A stretch of DNA of 63,343 bases, counting the filler, from Kipferlia bialata (lineage: Eukaryota): assembly GCA_003568945.1 (NCBI GenBank). It is 4 parts of 4 records of this genome, joined end to end, with 100 filler letters (N's around TTAATTAATTAA, not from the genome) between each part and the next. Parts side by side here need not be neighbours in the genome. Positions count along the whole stretch, not along the records: positions 24,065 to 47,959 come from BDIP01000244.1; positions 48,060 to 59,737 come from BDIP01000289.1; 2 more parts are not named here. One strand, 5' to 3'. Under the pieces are notes generated by a model. The model was not told the origin of the DNA. It saw only the letters and a list, made by a program, of their open reading frames with translations, and made no database searches. Below, one piece after another: positions 43,990-56,624 of the stretch. Positions within the stretch are counted from its first letter, which is position 1, and each line of letters opens with the position of its first letter. Made by a program: the position numbers and the translations under genes.

Positions 43990-45832
43990 CTGTCCACTCG
44001 AACATGCTCTTCTCCGGGTGGTACTGGCTGCACATGATGGGGAAGGTGGCATGTTCATAGGAAGAGACAAACTCAATGCCGTCCCTGGGGGTTGGGGGAG
44101 AGTTGGAGAAAACAGAAGAGTAACAGAAAGAGAGAGGGAGAGAGAGACCCACACATGCCTTGAAACGTTTGTGGACAGAGACACGTACTCATCTCTGAGC
44201 ATGTCACAGCTGGCATAGGCACTGGGGTGAGGGGGGTGTGTAGGTGACATATATATAGTACATAACAAATATATAGTATGTATAATGGATACGCAATGAG
44301 TACTGGACACCACACTACACCCCTACCTGGGAGTGATACCCCAGTTGTGGTAGTTCAGAGTGACATTCTGGGTGCCAAGGACATCTGGGGGTGAGATAGC
44401 AATACATTTTATGCATTAATAACAATACACTATGTTTTGCCAACGGCTATTGTGCTATTGAGGCTGTGTGTGTGTGTGTGTGCGTAACAGACTGCGTACC
44501 TAGGATGCCCATGGGGTCAGGACCAGAGGTGTACATGAGGCTGGGGTGAGGAGGGGCGTGAACAGAGACTAGAGTAGAGACTGCATTGCCGAAAAGTAAT
44601 GAGAATGAGACCACTATTGACTGCCTTACCTGTCGTATGCGCCTATCTCCAGATCTAAGGGCAGACTCATGTGTGCAGCGTCCATAGGGGATAGGATGTC
44701 CATGTCCTGGCACTCCAGGACAGCTATGGTCTGGGGGTTAGAGTATAGAGAGAGAGAGAGAGGGAGAGAAAGGGGATGGAGAGACATATACTATACACAC
44801 CTCGAACCCCAGGCACGTGGCCCACAGGGGGTATGGCACATGGGTCATGCTGTTCTGCTGCCTCACATAGGACAGGAGGGTCTGGGCAGACCTGGGGTCA
44901 GTGGCCACAAGAGGGGCATGGAGAAAGAGAGAGTGAGAGAGGGAACGAGAAGATGAGAAGGACATAACCATATACTGACTACAATACCTGGTGTAGTCGT
45001 TGAGGGGGTTGAGGCTGATGAAGTCACCGCCTCCAGTGAACAGAATGCCGTTGAGCTGGGGTCAGAAAGGGGTATGTGACACTGATTCAAAGAGAATTTA
45101 CATATGCATGCTAATCGAGCACTCTCTCTACAAACATGCATGCAACAGATAGATATATATAGATATATGTATAGATACCTGGGATGCAATGTCCAGCAGC
45201 TCCTCGTCGGACTGGGTGTGGAAGATGGGCACAACACGGCCACCTGGGGGTTAGACACACACAGAGTGACTATGTATATGTATGTATATCTATGGGTGTA
45301 TAATATGGGGTGGTGTTATCAATCATGATGCACCAAATGGACTAAATCTGGCAGTGCCCAATCTGAACCTCAGATTCTGAGGGTCTCACCTGCACTCTCG
45401 ACCCACTTGACATAGGATGCCGGGAACTCCGCCACTGGGGTGAGGTGGGGGGTAATGCGGTAGGGGAACACTAGTGAACAGCCAGAATACGATAGACTGG
45501 TTCTGACAGATACACAAATCAATCAAGTCAATCAATGACACACAGGAGATGTTTACATTACTGCGATCCCGCAAAGTATGGAGTAACTACCGACGGCAGT
45601 ATGAACTGAGAGGACCGATGTATCAATATACACACCATATCGACACCGTTTTGGAGTGCCAATACCACATATACCATACTGATGCCTTCAAAGAGTACGT
45701 ACCCATCCCGTCCCTCTCAGAGGGGAGTGTCAGAATGCCAATCATGGGGTTGTTGTTGACGCAGACCTCGTCAGCCAGCACGGCACCTACCAGCAACACA
45801 CAAACCACAACAATCATACTCCGAGGTATCAT
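43990..45832 (-). CDS. GGH: Gamma-glutamyl hydrolase (peptidase C26) with signal peptide, 3'-truncated
   Basis: Hydrophobic N-terminus, NNNPMIGILT, PASYVKWVESAG, LNGILFTGGG, catalytic Cys in WATCLGFE, NYHNWGI, and His-Glu in SQYHPEKSMFEW. Confidence 0.92.
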
Positions 45833-46354
45833 CACTGCTCTCACTGCCAAATCTGTGTCTCTCAAGCGTTCCACTCAAAGCTTCCAGGTCCCCTGCAATC
45901 CACACTCAAATATGTGTGGAAAGGGATGGGAGAAGGACTGTTGTCGGGTGACAGTGACAGTATGTGGGTGGGAAAGTCAGTGGCTGTGGTTGATGGTAAA
46001 AGTAGAACCTACACCCCCAATACATTTTTGGTATACCCAAAAACAGATCAAGGGTGTAGGCCAGGCTTTGACTCTGATCATTGACACCGACCTCTATATA
46101 TATCACGGGTGCGTCCTCCTGTGCTCACTGACCCACCCTCTACACTTTAGGAGTGCAGAGGATCAGTGTGCAGAGACGTACACCCCGTGTCTCCGTGAAC
46201 CTGGCCTGAGATATGCCACAGTCATCGGTGTCTGAGGATGGGGCCACTCTGCTATATGTGGAGAGGATGACCACACACTTTGTGAGGTACGCCCACCCAT
46301 ATGTGTAGTGTTTGATGTGGTGACAGTTTCCCCCCCCCCCCCCCCCCCCCCCTT

Positions 46355-46385
<31 letters not shown>

Positions 46386-46758
46386 CCCGCCTTTTGTACG
46401 TCTCTAGTACAAGATGTCATATTCGTCCAATCTTCCTCACATCCAAAGTGTATAGTTGTGCACCCACACAATCATATTCTTAGTTACCAGCCGTAGTGTT
46501 AATTGGATGTCTATTGTTTCAATGCAGATTGTTGGTATTTCGCAGTATCAGTATCACCACTACCGTCAGATATATTCACTATGTGTCTGAAGTTTATTAT
46601 TCTATATGATGTATATACATATATGTATCACATTGGCCTCACCCTAGCTTTGCCACCACTGTCCTTGCTGCCTTCTTCCCAATACATGTATTGCACTATA
46701 TATACACCCACTATATTACTATTAATAATGGATATACAAGTTAGACTCCTCACCCTAG

Positions 46759-46830
46759 CTTTGCCACCACTGTCCTTGCTGCCTTCTTCCCCATCTTCCT
46801 CTCTGACTACTGGGCACCAGAGGGTAAGAG

Positions 46831-46873
<43 letters not shown>

Positions 46874-47383
46874 ATATATGGACATTATATTATGGGTCTA
46901 TATATATATTTGTGTATGTCACGAAGCTTATTCTTCCCCATCTTCCTGTCTGACTACTGGGCACCAGAGGGTATGTCTCTCTCTCTCTCTCTCTCTCTCT
47001 CAATCTATTTTTATATATATCTTTCTGTCAGATCAGCAGCTGGGGGTAAGAGTCTATCTACCCCCCCCCCCCCCTTCTGTTTCTCTTTCTCCACAGTCTT
47101 TTCTATTTGTCTTGGTCAGTCTCTCTCCTCTTCTCTCTCTTTCTCTCACACCCTCTGACCCCCAGGAGTGGATAGCACCACCTACCTTGCATATTCCACC
47201 TCCACAATTGTATATATATATACATATATACATTTATCATCAATATATATGTATATATATATATTACGTGTGCTAATACCCTACCTTATTTCCAGGCGTG
47301 GATAGCACCACCTACCTTGCCTACTCCACCTCTGTCACCAATGCACTGGTGGCAGTAATGTCACCCATCATGGTATGAATACT

Positions 47384-47414
<31 letters not shown>

Positions 47415-47818
47415 GGGATTGAGAGGGAGATACTTTGGACCAATGCACTGGTGGCTGTCATGTCACCCATCATGGTATGTATATATATACACACATGTGG
47501 TATGAGCATATATATATATATGTATATATATGTATATATATATATTCATGTGGTTTTGAATAGAGTTTGTATGTGTTACAGAGGGCGAAAGGGTCATTAG
47601 AAGCGCCCGCCTGTGTACATGCCTCTCTACTCTTATTAACCTTACACCAGTGCACCATCTCCGACCACTACAGGAGCAAGATACACTCATCATATATTAT
47701 AGAGTGATATATGTATGTGTTATAGTATTCTAATCCCAGGGCACCATCTCCGACCACTATCGGAGCAAGAAGCTCTTACTGGCCATCCTCACAGCATGTG
47801 GAGTGCTATCTTGTCTGG
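46759..47818 (+). CDS. MFS transporter of Atg22/UMF1 type, three-exon fragment
   Basis: Exons 46759-46823, 47296-47372 and 47740-47818 read FATTVLAAFFPIFLSDYWAPEGVDSTTYLAYSTSVTNALVAVMSPIMGTISDHYRSKKLLLAILT, i.e. TM1-TM3 with an MFS motif-A-like GxxxD...K loop. Confidence 0.75.
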
Positions 47819-47891
47819 GTATGTATAATACTATATATATATACTATATATATATGTGTGTGTGTATATGTATATATACCAGAAGCATATG

Positions 47892-47935
<44 letters not shown>

Positions 47936-47959
47936 GCTCTTACTGGCCATCCTCACAGC

Positions 47960-48059
47960 NNNNNNNNNNNNNNNNNNNNNNNNNNNNNNNNNNNNNNNNN
48001 NNNTTAATTAATTAANNNNNNNNNNNNNNNNNNNNNNNNNNNNNNNNNNNNNNNNNNNN
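47960..48059. other. Artificial contig spacer
   Basis: N44-TTAATTAATTAA-N44. Confidence 0.97.
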
Positions 48060-48114
48060 TTTTTTTTGAAAAAAGAGGCCACCCCCCCCCCCCCCCCCCC
48101 CACTTACCCTCCAG

Positions 48115-48968
48115 ACTGCATCTCTCCCTGTCTCAGTACGGGAAGTGGACCACGCACAGACCTTTACCAATTGCTAGGTACGCGTGGAGTTGATCTATGA
48201 GTCACCAGTGTAAGTTAAGGTATCCTCCCTGACTCTCAGGTGTTTCTCCCTAGCCGTCTGTGCCGGTCCTTGGGTATATCTGGTGGGGGGTCAGGGCGGG
48301 ACCGAGACCCCTGTCTACAAGTGCCATGCCTCTAGGGGTGTGTGCCGGAGGGTCTCTGGGTGCCCCTACCTATCACCCGGGTCATCCATCCTGGGCTGCC
48401 AGACCTCCCCCACCTCTGCCCTCCTGTTAGACAGGGGCATGGCAGTGCTGGGGGTGCACATGGCTCTGTCTGGGTTTGTGGGCATCAAGGTACGGCCATG
48501 CTCTATACTCTCTGTGTGTATGCCCCACCTCTCACCCCAGCATGTCCTGTCTAGTGCCCACCTCCGAGGCGCTGCCTGCACCCTGCACTGCCCCCCCACA
48601 GCCGTAGTCTCCCACATATCCCTCGGCCTCAACCGCCACCCCCTCCTGGCCTCTCCCTTCCTGTGGGTGATGCTGGCATACCTGGTGGCTAGGCTGGATG
48701 ACCCCCTCTGCCACTCTGTGTTTAGAGACAGCCTGGCACCGGGGAGGAGGCTCAGACATCACAGGGGGATGAGCAACAAGACACCCACCAAGATGCTTGC
48801 CATGTTCAGGTATGAATTGATTGTATCTCTCAATGTATGTCTATATTCTATACCTCCCACTGGATTCCCACCCCCAGACATCTGCAGCGTTCTGCCTCCT
48901 CCCTACGCGTCCCATTGCTGGAACCCTCCTGCTCTGCCCATGTCTCAGTGTGGGAGTGCGTCATACAG
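48115..48968 (+). CDS. Kelch-like repeat protein fragment
   Basis: Spliced exons read WTTHRPLPIARCFSLAVCAGPWVYLVGG, matching the Kelch pattern W...P.P..R.....Y..GG. Truncated at both ends by poly-C tracts. Confidence 0.5.
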
Positions 48969-49034
48969 GTATGGCGTGTGTGTGTACATATGTGTTCATA
49001 TACAGGTACTCTGGGATGAAATGTCTCTCTCAGA

Positions 49035-49065
<31 letters not shown>

Positions 49066-49074
49066 CCCCACCCC

Positions 49075-49105
<31 letters not shown>

Positions 49106-49125
49106 TGCCTCTGCCCTCACCCCAG

Positions 49126-52100
49126 CCCTGTGCTGCCGGGAGACAGGTGCCCTGGTGGAGTCCCTCAACCTGCTCAGGTGTCACACCCATACACACATTG
49201 CATATATATGGCACATCCTGGACTGCTCTGCTTGACTGTATACGTATAGATGGGTCATATGTACATGGGAGTTGACCCCAGGGAGGCCCAGACGCTCCAT
49301 CCCAGTGGGGCCCAGGCCACTCTGCAGATAGCCAGGGTGCTGTACCTGCTGGGTGAGACACTGATACTGCCATATATACATGTATACATATATCAGTGTG
49401 GTTCTCTATCCGCATATCGTGAATGAGAGTGCATGCGTCTACCCATCGTCACACTTGGTCTCTGACCCCAGGTGACTACCCCTCTGCCTACCAGTACCTG
49501 TCTGCACAGGCCGACAAGGAGGAGGTATGTATGCGTGTGTATGTATATGTGGCAGTGGCTGATAGGACATGTCGATATGAATTTGATGAGGATCCCTAAC
49601 CCACTGTCAGGATGAATAGATGAATTAGTATACATGAATTAGTAAATATGCATACACACCCACTGTCAGGAGGATGGCTTCAGCCAGAAGGGACTGCACT
49701 GGGTCACACAGCACAACCTAGGCACGGGGTTGCACACTGATACCTGTATTGATGCGGTCAATATTTGTGGAGTGATGTATATATATAACTTACCCATATA
49801 GTACTGACACCCTATCAGAATCTCCCATGTTCATTGTGTGTATTCACTGCTTCAGTTTCCATGTCCACTTACCCCCAGGGCTTACACTGATCCGTCTCAA
49901 CCGTCTAGAGGATGCAGTGGAAGCGTTTGAAACGGCCAATGATCTTCATCCCAACTACGAGACCAAGATTAAGCTTGCCAGGTTTGGTCATGTGTCATGG
50001 TGCTTATATGTATACAATGTACCTAATCAGTATTCCCTCTATCTGGAGCTTTCTGTATGTATTGGTATGGTATCATCAGCCATATGCATATATATACCCC
50101 ACCCCTTAGGTGTCTGGCCAAGCTGGGCAGAGACACAGAGGCGGTGCAGGCATACAAGGACGTGCTGGCATTTGCCCCCCAGAGTGCAGAGGTATACCTA
50201 GTATACATAATTGTAGATGTGTATGGTATATATTGTATGCGTTGAATATATAGTATGTTGTTCAGTTGCCCCTTCCGTTCACCTAAGGTTCTGAGTGCCC
50301 TGGGAGTGCTGTATCTCAATGCAGCCAACCAGACGGAGGACAGGTGTGGATCAGTATCTATAAGTATTATTGAATACCTATAGCCACACCGCCTGACCCA
50401 GCGACACTGCCAGCACTGCACATGCAGACGCATTCGATGCATTCAGCAGGTCTCTCATGGTCAACCCAGAGGTGTGTGTGTGTATGGAGATTGTATAGAG
50501 ACACTGATACTGATACTGATTCTGGTCTCTCATGGTCAACCCAGAGGTGGGTAGGGGGTATGGAGATTGTATAGATACTGATACTGATACTGATACTGGT
50601 CTCTCATGGTCAACCCAGAGGGGGGGGTGTATACATGATGGCTTTGTAGTTCATGTCCAATCAATTGATAGGATCAATTTGATACTGATTCTGATACCCT
50701 GCCTGACTCTATCTATATCAGACTCTATCTGTATCTGACTCAGCACCCAGGGGCCAGGCTCGGCAATGCCTCTGTACACCAAAGGACAGGTATCAAGTAG
50801 ATATGTATATATACATGTACTATAGATAGATACATGTATTCTATGTACTATATATATATATATATATATCTGTACACCAAAGGACAGGTATCAAGTAGAT
50901 ATAGATATATGTATTTGTACACGACAGGTATGGTGTTGACAATATGCACTATAGGAAGACGACTATCATATATTGTGTGGTGGCTATGGATGTTGGATAT
51001 GCACATGACTCATACCGACTTGTATATATATATATACATTGATAGGTATATAATTTCAAGTAGATAGATACTGACCCAGGCGATGTTGAGGTGGCCCTGG
51101 TCAAGTACCGTTCAGTGTACAAGCAGAGACCAGACGCCCCAGAGCTGTGGTCAAACCTAGGCATGTCCACATTCTACTATGCTAGTATACTTGTAGCATA
51201 TTGTAGTGTATTACACTATGCATATCATGACCTGGTGGAACCAATGAATACTGTATACTGTATATATACAGATAAGTAGAGCCTCTGACCCTAGGCCTGT
51301 GCTTCCTCGAGCACAACAGACAGGCAGAGGCCTTGGCCTGTACCCGCAGGGCCTATGTACTCAGACCCGCAGATTACAGGTGGGGGTGGGAAGGGGTATC
51401 AGTGGTTTCAAGTGAACATGTACATATAGTACTCATTGTCTTACTCAATAGGATCCGGTACAACCTGGGTCTTGTGCTGCTATCCCTCGACAAGCCGGCA
51501 TCAGCATTCAGGTACAGTGTCAAGTGTGTACTAGTATATGGCTCAATCATCATTGGTTGGACTGGCCTGACTGACAGATGGCGCTAGAGTGTATGTCATA
51601 CTCAGTTTCAGTATGTTTGGCTGTATGTTTCTGTATGTGGAGGGTATACTCATAACCCAGATGTCTATCGGGCGCTGTCTCCCTCAACCCTGGCAACGCA
51701 TCGGCCTACTGGCTCATGGCCGTGGCTCTCGCAAAGCTGAAGGTAGGTCACGGGTATCGTTGACACTCGTCAGTAGGCATATATACCCTCGTGATGTGTG
51801 TATTGGGATGATGATACCAGGACAAGAAGAATACACCTGGGGCGTACGCCAAGGCACTGCAGCTAGGGGCAGGTGGGTTCCTGTACACATACATCGCTGT
51901 TTCTACGTTACTGAGTTATAGTAATAGTAATGAGTCTGATACCTAGGTAGAGCATGTCGGTTGGACGCCGCCATATCACTCTGCAACCTGGGTCTGTATG
52001 ACTTAGCCGGGGGCCACTTCGACATATACGCAAGAGGTACACACATATAGTGTAGGATGCATGTCAGAGAGCTATTTCCTAACCTCAGGTGAGGACCAGG

Positions 52101-52353
52101 AGCTTGGGGATACAGACTCTCTCTCTCAGGAGGAAGCTGCCCATAAGGTGCAGGTAAGATTACTTCTTGTGACATTCAGATTAGTCAGAGGTCTGTGCTT
52201 ATCCAGGTAATTCTGACGAAACACATGGAAGAGAAGAGGCGCCGTGAGATCGCAAGGTCATTGAGCGAGAATTCACCCGAGGCTACTTCAGACAGTGTCG
52301 ACTCAGTCGTAGCCCAAGACAAAGAGGAAGCAGGGTCGGTTGAGGAAGAATAG
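49126..52353 (+). CDS. BBS4: BBSome TPR subunit BBS4, ~16 exons, 5'-truncated
   Basis: Colinear with BBS4: VESLNLL, QIARVLYLLG, WVTQHNLG, AVQAYKDVLAFAPQSAEVLSALGVLYL, GDVEVALVKYR...PDAPELWSNLGLCF, RRAYVLRPADYRIRYNLGLVLL...ASAF, YWLMAVAL. Confidence 0.9.
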
Positions 52354-53330
52354 ATAGTGATACACAGTATCAGGCAACCTGCTCTCCAAGGCCAGGAAGA
52401 CCATATCATAGTAAATGTCAATCAACCCGAGGTATTCAAAATGTGTGGATAACTCGTATATATATAAAACTCGTATATATATATTGGGGTGATATGGTAA
52501 CCTGGATGTTTCTACTGTCACTCCCAAGGACCAAATTGCGTGCCCCTGTGCAATTCTTATAGACATAACAGAATCGAGCCTCTTGACTGGGTTCCACCGT
52601 GGATAGCACACCAGTAGGGGTATGCAGTATGCTCATACTCATAACACATCCATTGAATGGTTTCTATCATACGGCGCTCGATATATCACCACAGTACTAG
52701 TTGATAGAGTAACAAGGTATGGCAATGAATGGGAGAGGGTAGGCGATGGAGTCCCAGCTTCTCAGGATAAATACACGTAGGGATACAAATACATATTCAC
52801 AAACCCACTCTGTGTCTTTGAGATTGTGGGGGAAGAGACACACAAACCCCCACTCCTCTGTCCACATACAATCACTCATCTTCTATCAGAGAGTCACTCA
52901 CCACCTGGATTCTCTCTGGTCGAGGGACTCTCACTGCTCTGTGGCGTTAACCTCTCTATGACAATCTTAGCAAAATCATTCGTCATTGTGTGGTACTTGG
53001 CTGAAAGGTAAGAAGCGAGAAGGATAAGGGGAGGAAGATCAATTACTCACCAAGGGTGGATGGGTCGATGGACGTCCATAATTTCTTTATCTCCATATCT
53101 ATAGCCATGACCACTCGAAGTAGCTCTTGGGAATCCATGTCCCTCATCTCCGCAGCAGTGAAGGCTCTTGGGTGCTGGTGAGTGTCTTCCTATACGTAAG
53201 GTAAACAATCGAAGAAAAGGTTGGACAATTGTCAGTGACCCAGCCTGTAGTACCAACCTCTACACTCTCTGAACTCAGTTGAACTGAACACGGCTCTTCA
53301 TCCACTGATGATATGGGTTCTGACATCCTG
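52303..53330 (-). CDS. Hypothetical small multi-exon gene
   Basis: Exon-like blocks with splice sites, e.g. EDTHQHPRAFTAAEMRDMDSQELLRVVMAIDMEIKKLW and AKYHTMTNDFAKIVIERL. Structure and ends uncertain. Confidence 0.3.
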
Positions 53331-54682
53331 GGTTATGTTGTCAAGATTGATGTGATAGACAATGTAACGCCCACATCCGGCAATAGGGGAGAAATCTCTC
53401 TCTGTTTATGGTAAGTGGACATAAACACGATCATGTATATCCCTCGATCAAGGATGACAGAGACTAGATGCCTTAAATACGGTAGAAGGAACGACAGAAA
53501 CCTGGTGCTCTTCACCAGGTCAAAAGCAATATATATCATAACTAATTGCAACAATATAACTCACCCACAGTAAGCGTAAGTGCGGACAAAGTGAACAGGT
53601 AAATATAAATAAACACAGTGAGCTGGGCCTAAAGCTAGCCCCTTCTTGTTCTTCAGGCAAAAAATGGTTCATCAACACGTATTGATCATGCCCGTTGGGG
53701 TGATGTCCGCACGAAGAGAAAGGCTGAGTTAGCTGATCTATTCGGTGTCACTTCACTGAAGGTCTCCAGAATGGGTATGTCATAATGTGACTATAATGGT
53801 ACTGAGAGTCAATGAAACAAGTATTGTCTGTCCCTCTTGTGCCTCACATCAGCCGTGGCGAACAAGTGCAGTTCCCGCCTGCTCACCAAGGTTCCCGGTT
53901 TGTTTGCTTTCATTTATCTTCTGTCAGGCTCTGCTACAGCGGAAGGAGCTGCAGGGAGCGTATCCTGAGTCCTAGAGTAGCAAGAGAAGAATGAATGGTC
54001 TGTGATTGGGATAGTATCTAATACTGCTGGAATTCGTTTCCAAACGTTCCGTGTATATGTATAGTATACGTCCATATACACCAGCGCTCCCTGAATCGAA
54101 AGTATAGTGATATCTACTGTATACTTATACAGTATCCTGACTATACAGTATCCTGATACTAGACATTACCTGTTACATGAAACATACCTAAATGCGGGGT
54201 GTTGTTGCCGTCTCGATGACAGGAATACCGATTGGTTGTGCAATATTCATCTCTGATATCGAGCCAACACCAACATACACAGTATATACAGCCTCTTGGA
54301 TGAATTGGTGACCATATAATATATATGAGTGTATGGCTTCTTTGACGTGGCGTAGCATTGCTACTATGCTCCAGAGGCACTCTAAGAAAGAGCAGACAGG
54401 TCTATATTAGAGTAATAGCTTGGAACATGGGCAGACTTTGAGATTCTCATAGTCCCTCTTCAACGGACTGCCGCCAGTACAGCAAGCTCCACGCTCTCAG
54501 TTCTCACAAGGATAATCATGAGACCCAAGGATGGAACTGTGATTGAAACGCTGAAACGCTTGACTCTAGGGGTATGGTTACCAAGACTCTCCATCACGGA
54601 GACTGGCACCTGTCAGTGACGTCACTAGTCACCACACATAATTTGGAGGTCTGCCCTTGATCTAATTGGTATACATATACAT

Positions 54683-56240
54683 TTACTCCGTGAATGAGAG
54701 TAAGACTTCCCCTGACTCGATAGATATAAAGCCTACGCCTTCTGGCGAACATATCAAACTATCACCATCACTCCCATCCCCATATCGTACCCTGACATAT
54801 GACTCACACTGATCGTCACCACATAGTGAATCCCATTGGTCCTGAACAGCAGTTGGGAGACCCTCCAGCTCCCACATCCTTGCAGTCTTACCCATATCGA
54901 AGACATCAACCCCTGATTCGTCTCCTGAGTCATTATCGATGAGACTACCACTCGATATGTACACATCATACCCAGTCTCAGCCAACCACACAGGTATCTG
55001 TAGCAGCAACTCCCCCTCTCCCTCCGAATCGCCGGACTGCCTCATAAGCCACTCCGGTAGGGTGATGGCGTCATCATTCCCCAGCATCTCATCAACTACC
55101 ACGGTAAACGGTGTCCCAGATCCCACCCCATCTATGTGGCACATATTCACACCGAGAGAGTCCCTGGATGCGATATGACACCTGTCAGATATGGAGCAAT
55201 TCTCAACAGTGGTGCTTGTGAGCGACGTGGCGGCTATCTCAAGGGAACCTAACGCAATATTGCCTACAGTCAGGAAGTACACACTGTCCACTTGGATATG
55301 GACACCCTGTAGCATGCTGAGGTCGCTTTCCCCCTCAGAGACTCCCTCCCATACATCCGATTCTAGGCCTGTTGTCCAGAAGGCTGTATCGGTGGCCACC
55401 ACGCTCAGATCCAGTATCCACCCCCCCTTGAGATACACATCGGTGGTCGCAGCAATATGGGGTGGGATCGACAGTATCAGCCTGGAGGAGGCGGTGAATA
55501 TGGGATCTTCCGCCGACCCTGGCACCGTACACGTCAGGTGCTGCCCTAGACCTGACACGTCCCGGGTCCCAGAGACCGGGCATGCACTGAGGTCGCTCTC
55601 ACCACAGGGGTAGGGGGTGTATCCCTCCAGATCCCATCCAGACACCTCCGACGTCGTGATACTACAGTCAAAGGAAGCCACTGGTCCCCCCGACAGCCTA
55701 TTGCTCTGAGCTCTTGTGGTAAGGTACACCTCGTCCGTGTCGGTATCTCCCACGATAATGTATAGGTCAGCCACATGAGTGTCAATCTCGAGAAGGATAC
55801 TGTATTGATCCTCTCCCAAGCTGTTGAGACTAGAAACCCTGTTGTCACATACATACACACACATTCATATATACATGCATATATATGCATAAATATATAT
55901 ACATATACGTGCAAACAGTGATACTGAGAGGACGAGCTGCAACACCAGTACCAGTACTGACACTGATATCTTGGCAACACGATACCAAATCTAAAACACC
56001 CAATAAACAATGTAGATATTCAACTTGTCCCCACACAGTTATATATCAGTATAAAATGTACGTACGTTGGTGTGAATGTGATTGGGGCCGTCTCGCCTGC
56101 GTCCACAAAGACCATCTGCCTGAGGACATAGGGGGCCAGCATCACCATGGCACAGTACCCAAGCATCCGCAAACAGTAGGCTGTGTTAAGATTTCCACAC
56201 TGACTGGTAACAGTATCAGGCATGACATGATATACCTTCG
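54683..56240 (-). CDS. Hypothetical acidic, Cys-containing protein, possibly surface or membrane associated
   Basis: Uninterrupted ~385-codon terminal exon (54683-~55839) after a CAG acceptor, with plausible upstream exon(s) near 56060-56240. Confidence 0.6.
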
Positions 56241-56624
56241 ATACTGAAAGCATGAACAGGGGACGATCAATACACATGATGTACTATACCTGGCGTACAG
56301 GAGGCTCCCACATGATAGGAGAAGTGCCTACGAGCCCAGGAGGAGTATCCACCTGGGTGTGAAAATGGCATGGCAAACACAGACACCAGTCCATCGGCAC
56401 TTACTATACATATCGAAGTGGCAGGATAGACATACGTACTGTATATGCTGTGGTGGCTATCCAGCCCAGGCAATTGCTCCACTGAGTGATCAGGTGTGGT
56501 AGTACTAGGTCTATACTTCATACTGAAGGCGTTGCCCTCTCAGGGCTCGGGTGAGAAGAGATGGATACCCATTATGGGTTGATCGGTCTCAATACACAAA
56601 AATCGCAAAAGGGTTTGCTGCAAA

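Noticed and set aside
42836..44152. 438-aa ORF that looks like a glutamyl hydrolase-polyproline-MutL fusion
   Set aside because: It reads through intron sequence and a homopolymer. Both partners are truncated, so a misjoin is the likely cause.
45549..46235. 228-aa plus-strand ORF
   Set aside because: Overlaps GGH exon 1 antisense, has no recognisable motif, and the candidate spliced frames hit stops.
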